Source of the DNA: Epiperipatus broadwayi
Lineage: Eukaryota; Animalia; Onychophora
NCBI GenBank assembly: GCA_028023455.1
Contig: JAQFVV010000009.1
Span: 14,570,001 to 14,634,000, forward strand
Direction of reading: 5' to 3'
DNA length: 64,000 nt
The position numbers and the translations under genes were made by a program. This document shows, one piece after another, positions 25,300 to 38,976 of the stretch. The notes beneath the pieces were generated by a model. The model ran no database searches. It saw only the letters and a list, made by a program, of their open reading frames with translations, and was not told where the DNA came from. The stretch's first letter is position 1, and each line of letters starts with the position of its first letter.

Positions 25300-26700
25300 T
25301 TGAAGATTCAATACCTTTCTTTTAAGTATGGATGTGTAAGTCATTTTACTAATGCATTTTAAAAATCCACACATTGGATTTTTTTGATTGCTTAATATTT
25401 TATTATAAAATAACTGAATTGACAATTGAAAGGTTTAGTATTCAAATGCCATTGACCAATGTCTTGTTCTTCTGTAGGATAAATTATTAGCATATTTATG
25501 ATCAAGTGCAGGCACTCCTCTTTTTGTCAAGATGAAGTCTGTAATCATTTTTGGTTCACTTGATCTAGCATTTATGTAGTTATTGTGATAAATTAAAACA
25601 ATTAGTAATACAGCTTTGTATTTTGGAGACATATGATAACAGTATAATTTCATCACAAAATTTATATAAAGTGCTTTCTACTACTCTATATCTTGATCAC
25701 AAAAATATTGTAGCCATTTATCTTTTTTTTCAATGTTTCCAAATAAGTTAGTCTTCTTTGTCTCTAACACTTGGACTATTTTTATGGAGGTAAACCAATT
25801 GTCTGCAATCATATTTCTGTTGGAGTTGTGTATTGGCTTCACCAATCTATTAATAGACTGTGATGTTAAGCTAAAACAATTTTCTTTTTTATTCAACATC
25901 CAAACATCAGAAATTTTTCCAGAATATAATGTGAGCATTTTGAAGGTAACTATTTACAGAATTAGTGAGCAAAAAAATTTTATGCTACATTTTCTAGACT
26001 TTTTTGGTATATAAATTTTAAATCAGTATTTCACTCTAATTTCAATAATTTATATTTTTTCACAATTTTTAATAAACAATTCTGTAGAATCTTTTTTTTT
26101 CAGTCATCAGGACTATCAAAAGGGAGACAGCAATGTAGAAATTCAAATTTTTGTTTAGACATAGTTGTCCAAAAAATGTATCATCTGGTTTCAGAAGTTG
26201 CATACAATGTATCAAGATTTTCATTGCTTGATTTGAATATTTTCATGTAGATTATTTAGTTCCCAAAATGTTTTTGGTTCTAATAAATATGTAGCATAAA
26301 GATGAGAATGATTTTAAAATTTAAACTTTGTTCTATTTTTTTTATTTTTCCACATTATAATTTCACTCAAAATGTTATCAGTAAAAAATAAAATCCATAC
26401 TTTTTCAGGATCTGGGTTGTGTCCTAAAATTTTTAAATTATTTGTTAATGAAGTTTTGATTATATTATGCTATATTATTTTTTACTTACTCTGCAAATTC
26501 TAAACATCATCTAAATTCATTATCATGACCAGATATGTAGTTGCTTGAATTATTAGTTCTCAAATCTAGAGCATTAACATTCCCTTCAGCATCAAATTCA
26601 GAGATTTTAGTATCAGTCATCTTTAATTTCTATATCATTATTATCTGTAACAAAAACATTATAATCATTATCTTCATTTAACATTTTCAAGGGCCACTCC
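25300..26700 (-). pseudogene. piggyBac transposase remnant
   Basis: IADNWFTSI (25786-25809); TMSKQKFEFLHCCLPFD; ILTKRGVPALDHKYANNLSYRRTRHW (cf. YN.TKGGVD..DQ...R.T.RW). TIRs not identified. Confidence 0.8.
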
Positions 26701-27449
26701 TCAAAATTAGAATTAGTTTGATGCATTTTTAGAAAATTTTGAAATAGGTGAAGGCTGTCTTTTTGCAAAGATCTTAGTGCACAGTTTTACAAGAAAACAT
26801 GTGTATAAACACTATGCAGCAATACTACACAAAAAGCAACACCATACAACAATTTTATAGGAACTATGATTGAGTTGAATTGAATGTATTTTAAGCAGAT
26901 ATTATAAGAAAATAAATTTGATTTTTATTATTATAACTATTATTTATTAAAAGTAGTATAAGAATTATATTTATTAAAAAAAACAGAAATCAGAAAAAAA
27001 TGGTGGATATAATTTTTTACATATAGAGTTCGGATTACAACTGGTAGTGGCATACCACTAAGCGCCATGAAAGTGATAAATACAAATTAATTTTTTTTGT
27101 GCAAAATGGAGTCATAATTAGGAAGATACTGAGATGGGTGGCTGATCAATTTTAAAAAATCTGCAAAGACTTTGTTTTAATAATTAAGGTTCAAAAATTC
27201 AAGGTTTTTTTAATTAGCCAGTAATAAAAAAATGATATTCAGCTAATTTTAGCTTGAACAGTTATTATCATGAAAATATGAATTAAAAGGAATATCTTGG
27301 TAAATTTTCAGATAAAAAGGATTTGGATGCTGAGGTATAAGTTAACAATTTAAAAGATAAGTATATACCCATTATGATTTAATTACTATAGTAATTTAGT
27401 TGTAACTTCTACAATTAAATTAGTTGTATTTTTTTGGTTGTTTTTTTGC

Positions 27450-27730
27450 TCAATTTATTAAATAGAAGTGAGACATACAGACTCCTATCAATGTAATGTA
27501 AAGACACTAACATTTTTTATTTAATAATGTTCTAGAAGATTTTAAAAATATGGTGCTAAAATCATAAGATTAGTCAGTATGCTTTTCAGCTTCCTGGATT
27601 GATACTATTGAATCTATTCTTAGAACATATGGACTGAGCTTATAAAGCAAATGAACCATAACAGACTTATTAAAAACTATTTTTATAATGAAGTTGAAAT
27701 ATTTTTGTATGAGAATCATTGCAAAGCTCA
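27450..27730 (+). mobile_element. RTE-like LINE 3' fragment
   Basis: DTIESILRTYGL and QMNHNRLIK-like translation resemble IE.IL....LRW.GHV.RM...R..K. Confidence 0.35.
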
Positions 27731-28135
27731 TCTTTAGCTTATTATAATATCTTTGTCTATTTTTGATTTCTCATCTAAAATTTGAATGTTTATATTTTTT
27801 ATAAGCAGCTGCTACTGATGATAACCAGTAACTTAAACTTTACAATTGATTGAGCAATCAATGATCTTACTAATCCAAAAACTTCTACTCTGGTGTTTTT
27901 GTTATTATATTTTAAAAAAATACATTTTTAGATGGTATTATTAGATAAATACTCCAATATTTAGAACAAAAGTTTACTGATATAAATTCTGAAGAAACAG
28001 ATGTAACCATCAGTCTAACAACCTGATAGTGCTTTCACTATCCTTGTTTAAATGTTAAAACCATCTTAAATCTTACACTCAGTATATCAGAAAATCAATC
28101 TACTGAGGACAAACATCAAAGCTTATTTATATTAA

Positions 28136-28660
28136 TGACTAGTGGTTGCAGAAAAGTCTGAGTTCAAACCCTATATATAACATGTATAAGTGCAGTTATA
28201 AAAAAACCTGTACTGTAGAAAAAAAATCATATTTCAAAATAAAGTTGCTTTAAGGTCTACCCATTCCTTGTATATGTATGCAAATGGATTGTCATGTACA
28301 TGAAGGGTCAGAGTGATTTATAGTCAACATGGGTAGAATAAAAAGGTTGTCACTAAGATGGGCTTTCAGCATTCCATCATCAGATTTTCAATGAAATGGA
28401 TGCTGAATAGTTGTGGAGTGGAGTGGTTTGAAGCCAGTCTATTAAAATATGAAGATTGGCTATGATAAGTTTAGCTTTGATTGTATATATGTGTGGAGAT
28501 GATAATCTGGACCAACTGACAAGTGCTGGTTTAGCACAAAATATGTATATTGGTGATTTTTTATCTTTTTGACATGTGAGTGATCAATTGTATCAGTGGT
28601 ATGAAATAGCATGGATGGTTGAGGGTCATGTGAAAGTCTGAGTTCAAATCCCCTGTTTAG
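28136..28660 (+). repeat. Two tRNA-derived SINE-like heads (28136-28180, 28596-28660)
   Basis: Shared AAAGTCTGAGTTCAAA(T)CCC (28153-28171, 28633-28652) containing a Pol III B-box-like GTTCAAA; A-box-like AGTGG upstream. Confidence 0.3.
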
Positions 28661-30621
28661 CTAAAGAATTGTAAAGTCAACAATGAACATACAGAAGAAC
28701 TTGTTTAAAATAAAAATGAATGAGTGTTCAATAATTTTTTTTTTTATTAAAAACAAATTTCCATTTGTTTCACAAAATATATTTTTTTCATTGTGAAATA
28801 TGGCATTTTAATTGCCATAAATTAAATTAATAAATTTAGTTTTATAATTGTTTATATTTTAGAAATCTGGAAATTGGCAATACATGTAGCAATATTGATT
28901 GAACATTTTTTTAAATTTAATTTATTATAATTTTTCTTACCTTTGGATTTATCTATGATAAGGTTTTTCCATACAAAAACACCACACAGCTTGTATTCTA
29001 TATTTAATTTACTTTATCTATTTTATGCCAGAAGCAGTGTTCTCACTGATGAACAATAATAACAAGAAACTAATCTGGCAATTTGGTTGTACCATCTTTC
29101 ACTTTAGAGGAATCTGGAATAAAGTAAATGGAATGAATTACTGCTCCTAAGGTAAAATTTTCTGTCAGAAAGCAAATTAAGAAATTTGACAGTAGAATAT
29201 TATAACCAAGCCACAAAACTTGATCATCATCAATAGTTTTTCTATTGCTTATCACTTTTTATTAAGTGACTGTCTCACTTTTACAATTATATAATCTTTA
29301 GTGAAGCCAAATTATTAAGATGCTATTTTAAAACAAACACTCATAATTTTAAAGATATTAAATATGTAATTAAGAAAAGAAAAATCATTTAACATAAAAA
29401 ATTAAATAGCTGATATCAAGTAGCAAATAAAATATATAAAATTTATTGTAAAAGAACGTGTTAGATGAGAAGATAAGATTTTGAGCATTGCAATCCACTC
29501 GTTTTGAAATCTGAAATTTTTTTATATATTTTCTTTTTTTGTTAAATATTTGATTTTGATTTTGAAAACAATATTACAACTTACAAGCGTTGCTGAATAT
29601 TAATATTTTATAAGAATATCGTAATTTAAATACCAAACAGTTTTTTTTTTTTTTTTCTGTTTACGATTCCCATTCTTAGAGCTCATTAACTAATGATGTG
29701 TTAATTAATGACAGCTTCTTCTGAATTACATTATGTTGATGAAATATCAAGCTGTTGTTTATCACAGGGCTGGGCTGTTTCCATCAGACTTAGGATTAAA
29801 CGTTAATCAGTTTCCAATCTGAGATAGTTTTAATGATCGCAATTCAAAACATGATTTAAATAATATACTGAACCACTTCAAGTGATTCCATTCTGGAGGA
29901 CAGCTCATCTGCATAGTTTAATTTTATGACTTTGTTGATTTCTTTTTAGAAACATGTATGATAATTATAGAGGTGTGCATTTAAATAAAAGCTACAAGCA
30001 GTTATTTAATGTAATTTTAAGGTTTAACTAGAATAAGTATGTGTATGTTATTATATTTGTCAGAAATTATAAATGTAGTACGTAATATGTAAAGAAGACA
30101 TCATTTAAATGTGAATTAAAATTTCAAATTTTATGTATTAGACAAGCTTTTAATACAGGTCACTATTGAAATGTTAGAAATGATATCAGGCATACAGGAG
30201 CTATGGTTTTGGAGATTTAAGCTTCTCATTAATTGTGGTAGAGCCACACCTTATTTTTTACAATTCAGTGCTAATTGTGTGTGTGTTTATAAATGCACTA
30301 CCGCTAATCTGAAGTTAATAAATTTGAACCTTTTCTCTTTTTTTTTTTTTTTGAATATTTTTTAATAACAACATATCGTTACAAAGATATTCACAGATTA
30401 TAATTTTAACAGGGCATATATTAATGATAAAATCGAATTCTTAAAAAATCTTGCTAAATTCTTAATTATAGTAATACACATAATACATAGATATTCTTAA
30501 AAGTATATCAATATATAAAAATAAAAAACTTTCAATTCTATATAATAATAATAAAAAAAACGTGTTTCTTTTAATTTCTAATATCAGTTCATCTTTATCA
30601 TTTTCAATAATTGTTGATATC

Positions 30622-31250
30622 CTAAGGTCTCTCCAAGTTCACTTCAATTACTCCAATTCCTAACTTCTCCACATCACATCAGTAACTTCCTTTTTTTATT
30701 CATCTATCTCACATGTTGTCATATTTCTGAATCTGTTATAATCTCTTAAAATTCAATTTAAAATTCAACTATTTGTCTATTATCATTTTTTTCTAGCAAT
30801 ATGTCCAACTTATATCTATATCAGACTTTAATTCTTTCAATGATATCACTGACGTTTGTTCACTCACCCATGTATTTTATTTGCTAATAAATGTTTTTCC
30901 ATACTTGACTAAGTGATCTAAAATCTATTTATTGCTCTTCTGTTAAGAGTTTATATCTCAAATAAGTGATAAAATATATCTATTAATATATTTTCTTTTC
31001 AAACATTTAGACCTATTTGCTTTTAATATTAAAACATTGCATCTAAATTTAATTTTATCCATTATATTTCCATATTTAGTAATAATGTGATTTAAATATT
31101 TGTATTGATAACTTCTTTTGATTCAAGATTGTCAAGCTTTTTTTTTTTCTGAGAAAATTCATTGGACATTATTTTAATATTTATAATTGTACTACTTTTT
31201 TTTGCTTGTAGCATTTTCTGAAACTCTAAAGTAATATTTTCAAAAACAAT
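30622..31250 (-). mobile_element. Old RTE LINE 3' fragment, same family as 62780-63083
   Basis: Minus strand shares GGACATATTGCTAGA, GATAATAGA, GTGATGTGGAGAAG and GAACTTGGAGAGACCTT with the plus-strand copy at ~62.8-63.1 kb. Confidence 0.75.
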
Positions 31251-32182
31251 CATATAATTTACAAAATCTAGATGACTTAAATAATTACCATTTACTTTTA
31301 CTTATTATTCCTTTAATCAATATAAAAAAGAGGGAAAGTCATGTGATCAGTTTTCTATCTGTAATACATTTTTGTTATGAAATTAAATCAATTCCTAATG
31401 TATAAAAATTTCCCAAATGACTACATAATCCAGAAACAAAAGAAATGATGATTCTATGCTAAAGTTTATTTTCAATAACTGGTCAATTTTATAAAATAGT
31501 AGTTGTTAATGTCAGATTGGTCAATAATGAATGTTTAAAAAAGCACAAACTTACAAGTCAGAGTTTAACTTTCACAATAAAAATCATCTTTAAGCTATGT
31601 CAAATTACAACTTTTAGCACAATAATCTTCAACATGAAAAATAATAACTGACTCTATGCCACAACTTTGTTTGCAATGGAAAATGAATCAGGTAAATTTT
31701 ATACACTAGCAGCTTCTAATATCAGATTTCTAAATTAGCCAAGATTAAAAAAAAACTCATGATCAGATTAATACTCATAATACACTTCTAAAAGCAAAAG
31801 TTAAGTGTCTTCATTAAAAATTAATTTTAAAAATTCTATAAAATGTATTGACAGTTTTGATATTTGTGCAATATTATGTTCGTTAATCAAACATAACTTG
31901 ATTCAAACAGTTTCTGTAACATATTTTTGAACACTTTTATTAAAGTTGAAAAATATGCTTGTTTCTTTGTTTGTCAACTTGCCAGAGGGTGGCAGAAATA
32001 TTTTTTTATTTCAATTTAATATTTTTAAACATAAAAAAAAATAAAATTTCAACAATTTTAAACAGAAAAGTTACTTATTAATTTTTTTATACATATATAA
32101 TTATGTACACATATTAAATATTATATATACGTAAATAGCACACATATTAATTTACTGCAGAAATATCTAGTAATATATATAT

Positions 32183-33576
32183 TGTAACAGTCAAATCTGT
32201 ACATTCGTGCAACAAAATCTAGAACTTTAGTAAATCATACCAAGGCTGACCAGCATAGAATGGTATGAATCACATTGTCAGATATAGCCCCAATTTCTTT
32301 ACTAATGCTCAAAGATTTACCACCTTGCAAATGACACATATGAAGCCACGGCAGCATTTTCCTTCATCACGTGCTGGCAGTAGCACATTGGTAAAACACA
32401 AGACTATGGGAAATTGACTTATTAACTAGTATAGCTATATAGACGATGTGTGTGGCAGAACATAATTATAAAATATGGATTGTGATTCTTAACTAATGAT
32501 TAACTAATCAATAAAGACTTACCAATGAGCAACATTGAGACATGAAACAAAAGTTAAATTCAAAACCAATTTAATGAAAACTAAAGATTAAAATTAATAA
32601 ATGAAAATAAAGATTATAACGTGGCTATATAGGTTGTATCACACGCAGGTGACTAAGGTAGGGATACAATTTCATATTTGAGTTTGGGATTCACACCCAA
32701 GTGATGACTGGACTTATAATCATTTATGGTTTGCCTAGTTACATATGGCTTTCATTTTTATATACTTTTGGGACAATGTAAATCACTCACAGGTGACATT
32801 AATTATTTTGGTTAGTTACATTACTAGATTTATTACAAATACATATATCACCCGTAGGTGATGATTTAACTGTTTATATAGCAATTCCAATAACACGCAG
32901 GTGATTGTAGTTTGGATTACAAATCATTTCATTTAGTTTGCTACATATAGATATCATTCGCAGGTGATAAAGAAATTATATGGGTTAAAATTTATATTTT
33001 CATGAGCCTTAAGATTACATTATAGATCGAGGTTCATTTGCTCATGACCATCTATGCCTAGTTTATGCTATATAACAGGGTCTAGATCCACTCTAGAGCT
33101 AGCAGAAGTGACTATACATATTGGTAAAGAATATGACATTTTATTAAACCCGAATACTTAATATTCTCTATATAGCTTATGTGCTTATAAAATTAGATTC
33201 GAATTCAGATCAAAGCTGAAAATACAATTATTATGGTGGGATGAACTGATGATTGGCAGTCAGACTTCAGATACCATGGCATATAGAAAATATAAAGTCT
33301 GATATAGCCCTTGCATCTCGAGAGTGCTTTTTCATGGGATTTTTACCAAGTAACGGTTCCCTTTTTACCAAATTCATTGCTGTGGAAATAAGATGAGACC
33401 TTTTTAGTCCAGTGATCGAACAACTAATTAAAACTATTGGAGTCTCATGCTCCATTTCTGAGGATACAGAATGGGGTGGGATAACCAACCTCCATCTGAA
33501 GAGATAGTTGTCTGAACTAAGAGAGTAATGGCATAGCCTTAAACATACAACCACTAAAAATATGAACAGCAACAAA
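32183..33576 (+). mobile_element. LTR-element 5' fragment (LTR ~32183-32620, motif array, decayed internal sequence) between (TA)n runs
   Basis: TGTAACAG start in a TA run; TATAAAA (~32466) then AATAAA (~32510); GTGGC PBS-like site at 32621; start resembles 9758. The LTR 3' boundary is uncertain. Confidence 0.45.
32638..32968. repeat. Array of six palindromic 16-bp motifs, consensus ATCAC-N-CGCAG-GTGAY
   Basis: Copies start at 32638, 32690, 32782, 32847, 32890 and 32953. Confidence 0.85.
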
Positions 33577-33649
33577 TATATATATATATATATATATACA
33601 CTGTAGCATTTCTTAAAAACACACTCGCACCACTGACCACCTTCTATAA

Positions 33650-34496
33650 TAACATTTTATGATGCCAAACACTAGTTTCCTTCATGAAACTACCGTATAT
33701 CAGTTCATTAGGTAGCATATATAATTATGCTATTAAGGAAAAACTAGGAATCTAATTTGTAAAGCTATCTATATAGGAATTTAGTACAGCACATTATTGG
33801 GCATTAAGATATAAAGTTATAGCTCTATGCTGTATCTCAATCACTCCAGCTAAACATTAGTTAAATATCTCGAAAGCGAATCTATCTTAAAACAGCTGTA
33901 CGCTTTTTAATTATCTCTTAAAACAAGATATTTTACCCCTTTCAAAATGGGTTTCTTTTACATCCTAGATGCTATATTATTCTCTAGGTGTAAAAATGTA
34001 ATGGCTCCTCACTAAGCATTTCATCAATAGTAAAATCCCATTTTGAACAAATATAGCACAAACCACTAAGCAATGGAAAATCATAAAATGGCATAGATTT
34101 ATTTAGAAAGAAATGTAAGTTTAATGAGCAGATATCTAAAATTTGACTCTGTTTTAGCATAGTTTGAAAATGAAATTGCAATGCAATTAGTTTATATCTA
34201 ATTGACCCAGTTCAAGCCAAATTTAAATAGTGACAAGAATTAATCAAGATACATTATTATTCTATTTAAATCAGCATTTATTTTTTATAGCGTCTGTATA
34301 CAATTGTAATCACATTCATATCATCTTTTTCAAACCAAATTGTGCAAATGCTTTTTGCGAGTGTTAAATAATAAATGAATACCCTCTGACCCATACAAGA
34401 TATAGAATTTATGCAGCAATAAAAGGAATCACATATCAGAAAGTTAAAGTATGTAAAATAATCTAGAAACTTAATTACCATTTTAGAATAAAGCAT
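33650..34496 (-). pseudogene. piggyBac transposase remnant
   Basis: DFTIDEML (ORF 33984-34181) and QRVFIYYLTLAKSICTIWFEKDD (ORF 34278-34496; cf. IF.ATMS..RF..I...LRFDD). Confidence 0.6.
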
Positions 34497-34500
34497 TTAA

Positions 34501-35268
34501 CCCATAAACCGCCTCTTACGAGGCTTCTTATCGACATCTGACGTCACTCTAACTCTGCTAGTTCTAATGCTAGAATATTCGTTTGACAGGTATTGATTAG
34601 GTTTTTAAAAGTTCTGTAAGATGGTGCCCTCTTCCGAATTATTTTACAAGTAAAAAATCAAAAAAACCGCATTTAAAACTAAACAAAGAAGAACCTTGTT
34701 TGTGATTGGCTGTCAGCCAGATCTCAGCCAAAAAAGACATTCTGATTGGCTGGAAAGAACAAAGAAACCGACTGATCAAAGAAAATAAAGAAAAACACTG
34801 AGATTCTCATTTTGAATGCAATTTAAGTATTTAAAAAAATATAAAATGAGAAATTAAAATAGTTTTTTAAAAAATATACTAAAAAAACAAAATTATTTTC
34901 GAAAAATATTGAAGATTTTAGTAAAAATATTTAAGATTTAGCAAAAAGAAATATTTACTTTTCAATAACGTAAAATTGAAAAAAAGCGTTTGCGTCAGCA
35001 CTTTTTTGTTTAGACATTCGCTTTATATTTGCCGAAATTGAATATATTTTATAATAAATAAATAGCAATTTATTTTTGAAAGAACTTTCATTCTCTTTCA
35101 TTACCTGAAAAATTAGTAATATACTTTTTATAAACGTATCTGAGTTGAATTTAATATTATAGGCGAATATGTTTTAACAATAGGCTTTGTCTTCAGTTTG
35201 TGAGTTGGCCAATTAAAAGATTTGATTTTTACCTCATACAACCAATAATATAATTAGCGGTTTAAGGG
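34501..35268. mobile_element. Young piggyBac-type non-autonomous element (MITE), 768 bp
   Basis: TTAA on both sides (34497-34500, 35269-35272); TIRs CCCATAAACCGC / CCCTTAAACCGC (1 mismatch); 17 CpGs retained. Confidence 0.9.
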
Positions 35269-35310
35269 TTAAAACTATACTCATTTTAGAATAAAGCATT
35301 TAAAATTATA

Positions 35311-36407
35311 TGTAACGAAATTTATAATAATTAATTTAAAATCAATCACGTTAAGCAAGTCACAACTAAATAAGTAAGAAAACTGTAAATACGTTGAACT
35401 AGATCAATCGAAGATAACTTAGCAAACCAACATATAAATTAATAAATACATAGAGTACATAAATCAATAAATATGATATTAACTCAGTGTGAAAATCAAA
35501 TTAGTTATTAACTCAAATCAGTTATTAAATTAAATCAGGCAAGATTTTAAGATGAAAACAAAAGAAATCAAAATTACATTTTAGTAGTAATTTTAAAATT
35601 AAAATAAAGAAATCAAAATTAAATTTAGTAGTGGATTTAAAATTACATTATTGCTATGATCATAGAGTTGAAATTTAGCTAGCTTTAGGAATTATCGCAT
35701 TTTAGTTGAGTTATTAATCTTTAAGTAGAAGAAGGGTTTTACGGGGCTCTTCTCTGCTGCTTGCACTTGTTTCATGTTGAAGGTTCGGGCAACTGCTCTA
35801 TCACATGGCTTCTCCCCTTGATACTTCCTGCATGGTAGACTTCATGGGTCAGAAAGGCAAGAAAAATTGCCTTCTACTCAGATTGCATCATAATTAACAA
35901 TTTTACTATCTTGTTGACTGAAATAATGTCTGAAATAAATCCAAAATGGCTGCAGAGGCTTATATTATCAGCTTACCCCCCTCTTCTCAGTCATAGTAAT
36001 TTTCTAGATTTGTTTTGCTAATTTTCTCACTGTATTCTTAGAATCATATAATTACTCTGTTTTTATTTCTTATAGTGAAGTTTTACAGCTAGTCATTCAC
36101 AATTTCTTTTTAATTACTCAGGATAATTTATTCTACAACTTAGTGTTACTTTTAGTTTTGTAATTAGGTCACACTACAGTGAGAAAGATTAAATTTTATA
36201 ATACCAATTTTTTAAAAACAAATCTATAAATGGAAAACATCTGGTTATATATGTAACTTGATTATTTAATTTAGCAATATATGCAGAAATATACAATACT
36301 TTCAAATATTAATTTTCTTTAGAATAAACATTTTAAATAAATAAATTTATAATGTTTTAAATCTGTTAACATTATTCTTTCCTGCATATATGTAGTCTCA
36401 TGTTACA
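35311..36407. mobile_element. Possible solo LTR
   Basis: TGTAAC at 35311 and GTTACA at 36402-36407, flanks TATA / TGTA; internal ~45-bp tandem pair (~35565-35646); GC-richer core 35730-36000. Boundaries uncertain. Confidence 0.3.
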
Positions 36408-37019
36408 TGTACAATGCAGTTTTCATTAATTTACTCCTAGAAATATATGTGCATGTATATATGTGTTCTTACATATACAGATACACCTTTTATCTTGTAG
36501 GCTTAAGATATATGCACACATACATAATTAATACCTTTATATTTAAATCCAGCCTGATTTGGATATAATATTAACCTGATATACGAGAATTTGGTGCTAG
36601 TTACTTATATATAAATACTACTATAATATATAGTAAGTGAAACAGTTTGATTGATAAAGCTGACTGTTTCAATATATATACATTATATGTATGAAATTGA
36701 TTTAAAGTAAAATTATATGTATTAAATGAAGTTCATTTACAATATAGTTTTGGTATTTTTTTTAAAATTTCCAATCAAAGTAAAAATGTTAAATATGTTT
36801 TAATTAAAATAATATTTTATATTTTTAATCACTTATGTACGCATATATTCTTATGTACACATACTGACAATCATATATACATAAGGCGTATACATTTTAA
36901 ATGATAGAAATATATATATATATCAACTATAAGTGTCCAAACAATTTAAAGTATGATATAGTTTTACATTTTTATTTACTCTTCCAATACTAAAAACTTA
37001 AAAATAATAGATATTTTTA

Positions 37020-37294
37020 TATATTAAATGCTTTTATTGACTGTGCACTAAAAGAAAAAAATAATTGTTTCTTTATCCACAATTGGGGTTTTTAGATTTA
37101 ACTTGAAATAGAAGCATGGAGGGTCCAGAAACTAATTAAGCCAATCCTTATTTTTTTATAACAAGGGATTGACTTAATTAATTTCTTGATCCCCATGCCC
37201 TTATTTCAAGTTAAATCTAAAAAACCCAATTGTGGTTGAAGAAACAATTATTACTTTTTATTTTGGTTTATAGTCAATGAAAGCATTTAATATA
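37020..37294. mobile_element. Fold-back (hairpin) MITE-like element, ~275 bp
   Basis: The arms are reverse complements along almost their whole length (e.g. CCACAATTGGGGTTTTTAGATTTAACTTGAAATA / TATTTCAAGTTAAATCTAAAAAACCCAATTGTGG). Confidence 0.88.
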
Positions 37295-38938
37295 TATATA
37301 GGTTTTGTCTCTGTTATTTATGTTGTATTTTAATTCATTCACAAGTGTAAAAGTATGCAGTCATTTGCAGTGCAAACATCTAAAATCAAAATATTTTAAA
37401 TTCTCTATTAAACATTTATTTTCAAAAAAAAAATGTTGATAGTTTTATGTTCATGCAACCTTATATAATTTCTAATTAGAAGTAGAAATATATTCTCCAA
37501 ATACATTTCCTATTTATAAAAAAACTAAATAATTTTACATGAAATATAAAATGATTTCTATGCTAAACATTTATTTTTAAAAAAATATATGTAAAAAACA
37601 ATTTTCATGAAGCAATCATTTATATACTACACAAGTTTTTTAAACAAGCATACAAAGAAACTTAAACTTTAAGTATGATTTTTTCCCCCCATTTAATAAT
37701 GTAAAATTTTATGTAAACCTAAGTAGGTAATGGATTTAAATGTACTTTTTTGATTAATTTTTTTAAGCAGTGCAGATATTTACTAATAACTCTAAGTTTT
37801 TCCACATTTTTCTTTTCATCTTCAATGCCTTATTATTTTTAGAGTACAATATTCAAATTTCTATTACTTATCAATGCAAAAAAATTTCATAATCAAGTAA
37901 TGAATTTAAATTCATTTTTATTTTTTATTAAATTATTTTTTAAGAATTAATTTACTAATAAGTTATACTTAAATTATGCTAATACATTATGTTTGATTTT
38001 TAAATATTTTACATTTTGTTATAGGATTATAATTGAATGATTTTATATCTTTCTGAAAATGTTCTAAATACAAATTTTTGAATTCAAATTCAATTTTGAA
38101 CCAGATTTGTGGTTTAATGATAGTCAATTATACTCATGGCCCAGTTACAAATCTCATTCCTTACAACTACACAAACAAACACACACATGTATGGTATGTA
38201 ATTATGAATTTTTAAAAAATATCAATTTTTAAAGTTACTTCAGACTTTTGTCTAATAAATAATGTCTTAAGTAATGTTTTAGTAACTAATATTTTGTGAA
38301 AGATATTAGGTATAAGTGTTTGAAGAATAAAAAAAAAATGATAGAAATACTTAGAGAAAATCCTGCTTTTTTTGAAGATGATTGCCGATAATAATTTTTA
38401 TTTAATTTTTTATACAAGATGTTCTATACCGTTACCACTCTTTTTGCATTGCTTATATCAAATTGTCAAAAAATTATCCTTCCTCTGTGTACTTATATTT
38501 TATTTTAACTCTCTTAACATTTTCATTTGTCTAGCAATCTATCTCAAATCTAAAATACAGTTGCATTATATTACTTTTTATATAAAATATTTGTTAAATA
38601 ATACATATATTTGTAGATGTTATAGATGAGATAAATAAATACTTAAAGATTTTTTTATTCATAAAACATATTTTACACGAATATTTATAGAAATAAATCA
38701 TGAATTAGTTGGTCAGTTCTATCGTGTTTTTAACAATAGAAAAAAATAAACACACAATTTAAAAAGTCAATGGCATCTTGTTTGATAAAAGATATTAATA
38801 AAAGAAAGAAAAAAATAGATTAATATATACTTAATGATAAAATAGTTACAAAGAATATATGGGAAGAAACTATCAAACTCTCTACTTAAGTAACTGATAT
38901 ATATATATATTCTAACCCAGTATGCTTGTTTATAGTTG

Positions 38939-38976
<38 letters not shown>

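Noticed and set aside
28345-28400. Minimal hammerhead on the minus strand (CTGATGATGGAATGCTGAAAG)
   Set aside because: Stem II is at most 2 bp and there is no stem I complement.
32638-32968. CRISPR array
   Set aside because: Repeats are only 16 bp and degenerate, spacers vary from 27 to 76 bp and are partly related, there are no cas genes, and the context is eukaryotic.
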